A stretch of DNA of 12,624 bases, taken from the NCBI RefSeq assembly GCF_006345805.1, contig NW_021826477.1, positions 1 through 12,624 on the forward strand, written 5' to 3'. Made by a program: the position numbers and the translations under genes. The stretch's first letter is position 1. Each line of letters begins with the position of its first letter. Of this stretch, positions 1 through 8,918 are shown piece by piece. The DNA comes from Octopus sinensis. Lineage: Eukaryota. Below the pieces are notes generated by a model that saw only the letters and a list, made by a program, of their open reading frames with translations, was not told the DNA's origin and ran no database searches.

Positions 1-785
1 CAGAAAGGGAGGAATTCGGCAACATTATAATTTATTTCTTTACTAGCCACAAGGAGCTACACACAGAAGGGACAAACAAGGACAGACAAAAGGATTAAGT
101 CGATTACATCGACCAAAATGCGTAACTGGTACTTAATTTATCGACCCCGAAAGGATGAAAGGCAAAGTCGACCTCGGCGGAATTTGAACTCAGAACGTAA
201 AGACAGACGAAATACCTATTTCTTTATTACCCACAAGGGGCTAAACATAGAGGGGACAAACAAGGACAGGCAAACGGATTAAGTCGATTACATCGACTCC
301 AGTGCGTAACTGGTACTTATTTAATCGACCCCGAAAGGATGAAAGGCAAAGTCGACCTCGACGGAATTTGAACTCAGAACGTAAAGACAGACGAAAAACC
401 GCTAAGCATTTCTCTCGGCGTGCTAACGGTTCTGCCAGCTCGCCGCCTTGTTCGGCAACATTATAATACATGGTCACAATTAGCGGAGATAGCCGAACAA
501 AAGGTAAATTTATTAAGCTGGGATGCTCTACTTTACCCCTCTACTCACCAGACCTGGCACCGTCAGATTCTCACATATTCATCTCAGACACTTTATCGGT
601 GCAAAGACATAAAAACATTCAGAAACAGGGACGAAATCGAAACGGCACTTGAAATGCAATCCCCTTCTAAAGAACCTGATTTTAATTTTTTGTCCGAGAG
701 ATCAGAAAACTGGTTTGGTTTGGTTGGGAAGAATTTTATTGCAAACGATGGAGATTATATTCTGTATGAACAGATATATGAAAGA
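1..785 (+). pseudogene. Degenerate mariner (Tc1/mariner, DD34D-type) transposase C-terminal region, interrupted by a SINE (32-450) and followed by a Helitron insertion at 785/786
   Basis: Removing the SINE and one TSD copy gives RKGGIRQHYNTWSQLAEIAEQKVNLLSWDALLYP, then after frameshifts YSPDLAPSDSHIF and KTFRNRDEIETALEM...NFIANDGDYIL. This matches the mariner pattern RKGVILQHDNARPH...LGWEVLPHPPYSPDLAPSDYHLF...VIANDGDY. The catalytic HDNA is mutated to HYNT and there are several frameshifts. Confidence 0.9.
32..450 (-). mobile_element. tRNA-derived SINE (family A, Nin/Deu-domain-like core) with one head and two tandem 184-bp body units, flanked by a 17-bp TSD
   Basis: Minus strand has a Pol III box A-like TGGCAGAACCG (427-437), box B GAGTTCAAATTCC (363-375) and the core GCCTTTCATCCTTTCGGGGTCGATAAATTAAGTACCAG. 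Body units are 33-216 and 217-400. A perfect direct repeat TTCGGCAACATTATAAT lies at 15-31 and 451-467. Confidence 0.92.
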
Positions 786-1181
786 CTAGCAGTATCGCCC
801 GGCGTTGCTCGGGTTTGTAAGGGAAATAACTATATAAGCATTTTTAGAGAGTTATAGCCAAAAAATAGCAAAAAATGCATTAAAAATGGAAAAAAAATGA
901 TGGTAAATTTTTTTTTAAATCGTTGACTCATCGTAGACATTTTTAGAGAGTTACTTCCCTTATATAATAGCGAAAAAATGCATTAAAAAGGAAAAAATGA
1001 TGGTAATTTTTTTTTTAAATAGTAGACTCATCGTAGACGCGCGCTAATACCCAGAAGGGCTCGATATGAATCACGACTATAAGATACCCGGTTTTCGTTA
1101 AACTGCACCGCAAAATGTGGGAGTTGTTAGGAATCTAAATCGTAGGAGACAGACACACAACTTCACTTTTATATATAAAGA
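786..1181 (-). mobile_element. Complete non-autonomous Helitron (~396 bp)
   Basis: Minus strand begins 5'-TCTTTATATATAAAAG and ends ...CCCGAGCAACGCCGGGCGATACTGCTAG-3'. It has a subterminal GC hairpin (798-813) and terminal CTAG (786-789), and is inserted between A and T (a785|t1182) with no TSD. These are the canonical Helitron hallmarks. Confidence 0.9.
839..1037. repeat. ~100-bp internal tandem duplication within the Helitron
   Basis: Units 839-937 and 938-1037 both run CATTTTTAGAGAGTTA...AAAAAATGCATTAAAAA...ATGATGGTAA(T)nAAAT..GACTCATCGTAGA. Confidence 0.85.
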
Positions 1182-1245
1182 TATGGTGTTTTTAATACTC
1201 ATTTGAACTGATTACATGAAATGACAACAATATTTTCATTGCCAT

Positions 1246-1975
1246 TTATATATGTGCGTATCTGTGTGTGCATGTGTATACGTGCCTACAAATTCATACA
1301 TACATTTATATTCACTCATATATATAAGATACATATATAACATACATATATGTATATATACATACACATATATGTATGCATATAAATGCATACATACACA
1401 TATGCATATGCATATACATATATGTATGCATACATATATTTATATTCACGTACATATACATATATACATATCCATCTACATATATATAGGTATATATACA
1501 TATATATACATACGTATATATATTTACATATATACATACAAACATATATATACACATATATTTATTTATACATACATGTATTTATATATGTACGTATATA
1601 TACATACATATATATAGACATAACTATATATATACATATATATACATAATATACATATATACATACACATATACATATACATATATATACATACACACAC
1701 ACATATATATATATATACATACATAGATATGTACAGATATATATATAATATAATATATATAAATACATACATACATATCATACATACATAGATAAGATAC
1801 ATACATATAGATATATATATATATTTATATATATATATATATATATATAGATATATATTATAATATATATATGTATATATATATATGTATGTCTATATAT
1901 ATATATATAATATATGTATATATATATATGTATGTATATATATATATACATGTATATACATATGCATACATATAA
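1246..1975. repeat. Degenerate (TA)n/(TATAC)n microsatellite field
   Basis: Directly visible. It generates the Y/I/H/M/C-rich spurious ORFs. Confidence 0.95.
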
Positions 1976-2314
1976 TGTTAATCACGCATCTCCCAAGAGT
2001 AGATGCCAGTGATGGTAGTTCCGATTCCTTGAATTAACCATTCCGTATCTATCTCTTCCTTGTCTAAACAATATTTCACATCTACCAACAGCAATTCATT
2101 AATTCTTGTCAAACCACACCACACCGAACACACCTCACCCCTCCCGTCACTTCGCTTTCTCCACCTCCCTCCCTCTCTCTTTCTATCTCTCCCTCCCTTC
2201 CTCTCACTCTCTTTCTTCCTCTCTCTCCCTTAGTATTCTGACTATTCATTTACCTAATGTGTCTATTTTCCTATCTCCTGTATTTGTATACGCACCACAC
2301 GTTCAGTTACTAAT

Positions 2315-2345
2315 CACACACACACGCACGCGCACACACACACAC

Positions 2346-2396
<51 letters not shown>

Positions 2397-2445
2397 CTCT
2401 CTAGTATCAGATATCTGCGTTTCTATCTATCTGTCTGTGTGTGTG

Positions 2446-2487
<42 letters not shown>

Positions 2488-2546
2488 ATCTATCTATCTG
2501 TCTATCTGTCTGTCTGTCTGGTTCTCTAGTATCGGATATCTGCGTT

Positions 2547-2634
<88 letters not shown>

Positions 2635-2650
2635 CCTTTCTATCTGTCTG
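2315..2650. repeat. (CA)n followed by (TCTA)n/(TCTG)n microsatellites, including a 125-bp-period duplication
   Basis: (CA)n at about 2315-2395. The motif TCTCTAGTATC[A/G]GATATCTGCGTTTCTATCTATC starts at 2398 and again at 2523, each followed by (TCTA)n. Confidence 0.9.
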
Positions 2651-2699
2651 TCTATATGTCTATGAATGTACGCTCACACAACACACGCACACATATCTC

Positions 2700-3132
2700 T
2701 ATCTACACACACACACACACAAAACCACACAAACACACATAATTCTGTTAACCTGAATTTCGCATGAATACTGACAGGTACTCGCCCGGATTTCTGAAAT
2801 CCCTATTCTTTTACTATATACGCATACGTTGTACATAGACTCACATCCATCCTTCACTCTCTCAAACACTAACATTCACACACACACAAAGTCACTCACT
2901 CCCTTACACACACACACACACACAACACACACACACACACACTCTAATTCTCTCTCTCTCTCTCTCTCCCTGCCTCTCCCGCTATCCATTACTCTCTCCT
3001 TCCTATCTCCCTTACTTTATCAGTCCACTCTGCTCATTCACATACATCTCTCACTCTACCAAATATTACCAAACAATAGACATGCAATGCTCTGTACACC
3101 GATACGTCTCTCTCTCTCTCTCTCTCTCTTAG

Positions 3133-3214
<82 letters not shown>

Positions 3215-3655
3215 TGTTTCACCCTACCATCATTTCGTACACACATACATATACGCATATCTTTCATACCGTTTCAAGGCTTTCCCCACTTTTCCCTTGT
3301 CTAAGTCAATTATTATCTCCTCTTTGCCATCCTTTTATTCTTAATTTCCTTCCCAAATTTTCTTGCTCACATTTGCTTCTTCTTTCTTCTTCTTCTTCTT
3401 CTTCTTCTTCTTCTTCTTCTTCTTCTTCTTCTTCTTCTCCTTCGTTATTCCTCGTTTTCTTTCCTTTGTGTCCATCTCCCATATCCCTTACGCGGCGCAT
3501 ATACATATACATATGCATATACACACACATAAACTATCTCCCTCCCCCCTTACCTACCTACATATATATATACATATATATATATATATGCATATACATA
3601 AAATATATATTTACATTTATACATATACACATGTATTTATGTATATGAATGAATA

Positions 3656-3688
<33 letters not shown>

Positions 3689-3858
3689 CTAATTATAATA
3701 TATACAGACACGCATTTATGCACACACACGCAAAACACACACATATAAATTCATATACACATATACACTGACACACATACATATGCATAAGAAATTGGTA
3801 CCCCGGCATAGCCAGAAGAACTGTGATGGCTTATACGCAGAAAAGAACATGTAATGTG

Positions 3859-3893
<35 letters not shown>
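2700..3893. repeat. Mixed microsatellites: (CA)n, (CT)n, (TA)n, and (CTT)n at 3376-3438, with short unique spacers
   Basis: Directly visible simple repeats. Confidence 0.85.
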
Positions 3894-3896
<3 letters not shown>

Positions 3897-4233
3897 CGCT
3901 ATCTGTTCACTGCACTGGTTTTGTGTGAATGCGGTCGGTTAATCTGGAGAATTCGCTTTTCCGTGTGGAAAATAAAAGCTGACGCCATTTTCGCTCGTTC
4001 GTGTCCATAACGTGTTAAAATGATGAATTATGAAGATGCAAACGACAGCTTCTTTCGCCGCCATCTTAGAACGATCAACGTATGATGGCGGCGGAAGGAA
4101 TAAGTTTAAGCTTGTCTATTAACAACATTAGGCTGTTTGAGACAGCTCACACCTCTCACAGCCAACGCCGTCTCATATTCCGTTAGAAAATGAAAACATT
4201 AATTTTGTTTGTTTGTTTGCTTCTGTAGACATT

Positions 4234-4249
4234 ATTGTTGTTGTTGTTG

Positions 4250-4302
<53 letters not shown>

Positions 4303-4303
4303 G
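4234..4303. repeat. (TTG)n(TTA)n microsatellite
   Basis: Directly visible. Confidence 0.95.
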
Positions 4304-4484
4304 CTATTTGTTTATTTCTTTTATTTTATTTTACACGCACACGAAACGCCTGAAGAAGGTTTGTGAAGGTGAAAAACTAACAGATGTGGTTATTGGCAGG
4401 AATGTGGTTACAAGTTCATCATCCAATGACTCAATTTTCGGTGATAACACAATGATAATAATGAATATTATGATGACGTTCACG

Positions 4485-4535
<51 letters not shown>

Positions 4536-4539
4536 TAAT

Positions 4540-4754
4540 GGTTTCAAGTTTTGGCGCAAGGCTAGAAATTTCATGTGTGATGAAATTCGATCGCATCGAT
4601 CCCACTGTGCTTGACTGATACTTATTTTATCGACCCCGAAAGGATAAAAGACAAAGTCAACCTCGGCGGAATTTGAGACCAGAACATGAAGACAGACGAA
4701 ATACCGCTAGGCATTTTGCCCGGCGTGCTAACGATTCTGCCAGCTCACCGCATT
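4540..4754 (-). mobile_element. SINE family A, monomeric copy with an alternative 3' tail, embedded in (TAA)n
   Basis: Homologous to 217-450 (TCGACCCCGAAAGGATAAAAGACAAAGTCAACCTCGGCGGAATTTG...GCTAACGATTCTGCCAGCTCACCGC). (TAA)n lies on both sides (4484-4539 and 4755 onward). Confidence 0.9.
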
Positions 4755-4918
<164 letters not shown>

Positions 4919-4920
4919 TG

Positions 4921-5130
4921 ATCCTTTCTACTGAAGGCACAAGGCCTGAAATTTGGTGGGAGAGAACTAGTCAATTACATTGACCCAAGTGTTTCACTGG
5001 TACTAAATTCACAGATTCCGAAAGGATGAAAATCCATGACGACCTCGGCAGAAATTTCAACTCAGAACGCAAAGACGGACGAAATGCCGCTAAACATTCT
5101 CCACAGTGCGGTAACGATTCTGACAGAGCA
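4921..5130 (-). mobile_element. SINE family A, diverged copy lacking the extreme 5' end
   Basis: Homologous to the other family A copies (CACTGGTACT...CCGAAAGGATGAAA...GACCTCGGCAGAAATTTCAACTCAGAACG...GACGAAATGCCGCTAA). Followed on + by (TAA)n at 5129-5220. Confidence 0.88.
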
Positions 5131-5157
5131 ATAATATTAATAATAATGATGATAATG

Positions 5158-5220
<63 letters not shown>

Positions 5221-5224
<4 letters not shown>

Positions 5225-5469
5225 TTCCTATCATAGTAGGTGCATTAGGCATGATAAAAAAATATTCAGACAAATACATAACAAAACACCAGGACTTACA
5301 AACACATATAACATACAGAAAATTGCACTACTAGGCACTGCACACATCCTACGCAGAACACTTTCCATACAATAACCATCAGAGCATCACAACAAATCAC
5401 AGCACATACCCAAGGCACACAGAGCTGTGCTCGGTAGTGAAGTGAAAGCACGCTATAAAAATAAAACTA

Positions 5470-5473
<4 letters not shown>
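5221..5473 (+). mobile_element. 5'-truncated R4/Dong-clade non-LTR retrotransposon 3' end (C-terminus of the restriction-like endonuclease region plus 3' UTR), inserted in (TAA)n
   Basis: TIPIIVGALGMIKKYSDKYITK, then a frameshift near 5285, then TPGLTNTYNIQKIALLGTAHILRRTLSIQ* (stop 5373-5375). This matches the R4/Dong C-terminal pattern PIVIGALG...QK.ALLGTA.ILR. It is flanked by (TAA)n on both sides, the known Dong target. Confidence 0.88.
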
Positions 5474-5506
<33 letters not shown>

Positions 5507-5508
5507 TA

Positions 5509-5563
<55 letters not shown>
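5473..5563. repeat. Inverted (TAA)n|(TTA)n microsatellite junction
   Basis: (AAT)n at about 5473-5505, a short ATATT spacer, then (TTA)n at about 5511-5563. Confidence 0.9.
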
Positions 5564-5565
<2 letters not shown>

Positions 5566-7030
5566 AAGTGAAGAAGACATTTGGGACAAGTTGATAGATT
5601 GAGGGAAATTGCAGAACGAAAGCATAAGAGTAATGCTGCAATGCACATATAGAATAAAAGATAAAGGTTATGATGTGAGATTGGAAGAATTGAAACAAGG
5701 AGAAGTGGCAATCAAAGCAAAACTGGAAAGATGTGACAATAGAACAAAGCAATTCAGACAAAACGGATTGTTTGAAGTAAATCAGAAGAAACTGCTCCAG
5801 GAACTTGATGGACAATTACACGTAACAATGAAACTAGATGCAGAGGAAAGCAGAGCCTTCTGGAGAGTGAGGTGGGACCAACATGGAGAGCATAATGATG
5901 AAGCGGAGTGGATACAGGAAATCCAAGATAGATTAAGAAATAATAGAAGTCCAAGAAGACAAAAATAACTACATAAATGATAAAAAGCAGTTAAGAAAAT
6001 TTCCAGATTGGAAGAATCCACGACCTGGTGGTGGTGGTGGGGACAAGCTTATGGGATGAAGAAGCTGAGAAAGCTCCATCAAAGGATAGCAAAGCAGCTA
6101 GATGAGTGCTTGCAGGAAGGCGCAGTACCCAGGTGGATTACAAAGGGGACGACAGTTTTTATGTGCCAAGGATCCTGAAAAAGGAAATGCAGCATCCAAC
6201 TTCTGACTAATAACGCGTCTTTCACTAATGTGGAAACTAATGTCAGGCGCTTTGGCCGGTGAACTGTATTGATACTTAGAAAAAAGTGTACTTCTACCTA
6301 CTGAACAAAAAGTGTGCCGAAAAAGGAGCCGGGGAACGAAGGATCAGCTCTTAATCGATAATCTAATTATCAGAAACTGCAAGAGAAGACACACAAACCT
6401 GGGCATGGCATGAGTTGACTATCGCAAAGCATACGATATTGGAAGAATTGGAAGACTCCTGGATAATAAGAACAATGGATATGTATGGTGTAGTAGAAAA
6501 CATGAGAAGCCTTATATGGAACAGTATGAAATGGTGGAGAACGGAATTGACAGCAAGAAACCACGTATTAGGAGAAAATCAAGAGAGGAATCTTCCAGGG
6601 GAACAGTGTGTCCTCACTGAACTTCGTGCTGGGAATGATCCCCTTGAGTGAAATACTACAAAAAACAAAGTTGGGGTATCACCTAGGAAGAAGTAAGGGA
6701 AGACTGAACCACTTGCTATTCATGGACGACTTGAAGTTGTTCATAGAAAGCGAGGTAGAACTGTACAGCTTAGTCCTGTCTGTGCGGATTTTCTGCAGTG
6801 ATATTAAGACGGATTTTGAGCTCTCAAAATTTGCTACGATGGAGATGAGACGGGGAAAGCCTGTCAGGACAGAAGGCACAGGTTTGCCGTGTGGTCAGAT
6901 GATGGAGGCAATTCAACCTCAATCCAGCTATAAATACCTGGGAATACTTGAGGCAGAAGGAATCAAACACCACGACATGAAGGAAAAGACAAAAATAGAG
7001 TACCTGCGGCGAGTGAGAAAAATCTTTGAC
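5564..7030 (+). mobile_element. Degenerate internal fragment of an R4/Dong-clade LINE: pre-RT region and reverse transcriptase domain (pseudogenised)
   Basis: Pieces across stops and frameshifts: EELKQ..AIKAKLERCDNRTKQFRQNGLFEVNQKK; DAEESRAFW; VPRWITKGTT; KDPEKGNAASNF*LIT..LMWKL; [19 protein letters not shown]; NLGMA*VDYRKAYD; IKRGIFQG; LNHLLFMDDLKLF (catalytic DD at 6725-6730); YKYLGILE; EYLRRVRKI. These motifs are typical of R4/Dong RTs. Confidence 0.92.
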
Positions 7031-7081
7031 ACTGTGCAGTGGTGACCCGTTCTGGCGTTTGTGTAGCTTTCGATGGCCCAC

Positions 7082-7313
7082 TATATATATATAAATATAC
7101 ATACATATATACATATAAATCCACATATATATACATATATATATAATATATATATTATATATATATATATACATATACCTATATGTATGCACATATATAT
7201 TATATATATATATACATATATATGTACATATATGTATATATACATAGATATATACATATATATATATACATGTATACACATACACGTATACATATACATA
7301 TATATATATATAT
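7082..7313. repeat. (TA)n-type microsatellite abutting the RTE 3' end
   Basis: Directly visible. Confidence 0.95.
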
Positions 7314-7862
7314 GATGGCCGTCCACTCGTGACCGAGGAAGACCATTGCCGACCTTCAGGAACATTGTGCGCTCTAGGACTAACTTATATTTTGCATTTG
7401 CGGCTCCGTTGGTGGTTAATGAGCCCTGCTCTTGACAAGCATACACGACTGCAAACATTGCAGACCAAGCTTACCCCATTCATTATACGAGCCGTGCGCT
7501 TTCGCGCCGCTCGCTTAAGTTCTTCATGCTGGATACGTGCTCTCTCAAAAGTGTCGATCCCCTCCTTAACCTACTTCCTCCATCTGTGGCGATGACAGGC
7601 ATTGTTCTCCCAGTCAGGTCCTGCATATCAAGGCCTTTAACGAGGACTTGACACAGTTAAATCGCAGCCTGGTTTTCGCCGGGAGTCTCCTTCCATTCAC
7701 AAGTTCTCCATAGAGCATCTGCTTAGGAATCCTTCTAACAACAGCCCAACCCCGAAACCGTGCTTGTGTACCATCGCCTCAATACTCAAGATATCAGCTG
7801 TCCTCGGATCTGTGTGTCTGGAATTTTTGAGGCCCAGCCAACATTGAGAATGTGTCTGAGAC
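7314..7862 (-). mobile_element. 5'-truncated RTE-clade (BovB-like) LINE 3' end
   Basis: Minus-strand translation across frameshifts: LRHILNVGWA..., ADILSIEAMVHKH, RRIPKQMLYGELVNGRR, DWENNACHRHRWRK*VKEGIDTFERARIQHEELKRAARK...VCNVCSRVCLSRAGLINHQRSRKCKI* (stop 7385-7387). A short 3' UTR ATGGTCTTCCTCGGTCACGAGTGGACGGCCATC runs into (AT)n. The R.PK..LYGEL motif and the terminal CxxC..SR.GL..H motif are RTE/BovB-like. Confidence 0.9.
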
Positions 7863-8086
7863 ATATATATATAGGTATATATATATATATAATATAATAT
7901 ATATATATATATATACACATATTACATATATACACGTGCGCGCGCGCAAATCAATGGATGGATGTAAAAATTCTTTAAACGTAACGATGTTATGCCACTT
8001 TATATATTTATTTATATAGTTATAAATTCATTAATTCGTTAATTTATTTATTGTCATAAACTAGTATTCAATTATCCTTTATAACC

Positions 8087-8160
8087 GTTAACATGCAATC
8101 AGACTGTTTGTTAGCATGCAACTGGGACTATTTAGTTAGCATGCAATCAGATTGTTAGTT
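8087..8160. repeat. Three-copy 23-25-bp minisatellite (GTTARCATGCAA...)
   Basis: Units start at 8087, 8110 and 8135: GTTAACATGCAATCAGACTGTTT / GTTAGCATGCAACTGGGACTATTTA / GTTAGCATGCAATCAGATTGTTA. Confidence 0.8.
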
Positions 8161-8510
8161 AAATTATAGTAAACCAAATCAGAAAACTAAGAAGCGAGTA
8201 ACAAGCCAAAAATAAATAAATAAACAAAAACCAAAAGGAAGAGAGAAAATATCTTTGAACCAAAACAGTATTAAAAAAACAAACAAAAAATTGGCCATTG
8301 ATTTTTGCGTCCCAAACTCCCCGAATAATTTAAGATTCGATAGAATTATTGGTGAGATCAATGTTAAGAAGGTGAAGTTTCGCAGAGAAGTGGTTTCGAG
8401 TGCATTCATCGTAATTGGTTGGTTATGGAGGTTGAGTGATAAGAAGAAAATATAATAAATAATATTCTTAATAATCTTGAAATTAATTTCAAAAATTTCA
8501 AAACTGTAAT

Positions 8511-8918
8511 CGCAGGAGTGGCTGTGTGGTAAGTAACTTGCTAACCAACCACATGGTTCGGGGTTCAGTCCCACTGCGTGGCATCTTGGGCAAGTATCTT
8601 CTGCTGTAGCCCCGGGCCGACTAATGCCTTGTGAGTGGATTTGGTAGACGGAAACTGAAAGACGCCTGTCGTATATATGTATGTGTATATATATATGTGT
8701 GTGTATGGGTTTGTGTGTCTGTGTTTGTCCCCCTAGCATTGCTTGACAACAGATGCTGGTGAGTTTATGTCCCCGTCACATAGCGGTTCGGCAAAAGAGC
8801 CGATAGAATAAGTACTAGGCTTACAAAGAATAAGTCCCGGGGCCGATTTGCTCGACTAAAGGCGATGCTCCAGCATGGCCGCAGTCAAATGACTGAAACA
8901 AGTAAAAGAGTAAAAGAG
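8511..8918 (+). mobile_element. tRNA-derived SINE family B, full length, with an internal (TA)/(TG) microsatellite
   Basis: Box A TGGCTGTGTGG (8519-8529) and box B GGTTCAGTCCC (8562-8572), then a CORE-like CTTGGGCAAGT motif and an internal (TA/TG)n at about 8672-8725. It ends with the hairpin CAGTCA-AA-TGACTG and a (GTAAAAGA)2 tail. Confidence 0.9.

Noticed and set aside
420-857. 145-aa ORF as a real gene
   Set aside because: It is a chance fusion of antisense SINE head, frameshifted mariner remnant and Helitron end, and it lacks an ATG start.
1252-3692. Many 60-216 aa ORFs rich in Y/I/H/T/S/L or poly-E/F/S
   Set aside because: They are translations of (TA)n, (CA)n, (TCTA)n and (CTT)n microsatellites, with no domain-like sequence.
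3939-4186. Divergent short ORFs starting at the ATGGCGGCG motifs (about 41 aa on - and 34 aa on +)
   Set aside because: They are too short, have no recognisable homology or clear splice donor, and the motifs are better explained as a hairpin or YY1-like sites.
4349-4378. CTGAAGA...GAAA as a second hammerhead core
   Set aside because: The intervening AGGTTTGTGAAGGT cannot form helix II, and no helix I or III pairing is evident.
7072-7320. GATGGCC on both sides of the (TA)n tract as a TSD
   Set aside because: The right-hand copy is the RTE's own 3' terminus, so the geometry does not fit a TSD. A 7-bp match may be chance.
8511-8580. tRNA gene
   Set aside because: The A and B boxes belong to a SINE head that continues into SINE body and tail, with no complete cloverleaf or poly-T terminator.
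8179-8739. 186-aa minus-strand ORF with a hydrophobic C-terminus
   Set aside because: The N-terminal part is antisense SINE B and the rest is AT-rich low-complexity sequence, with no recognisable family.
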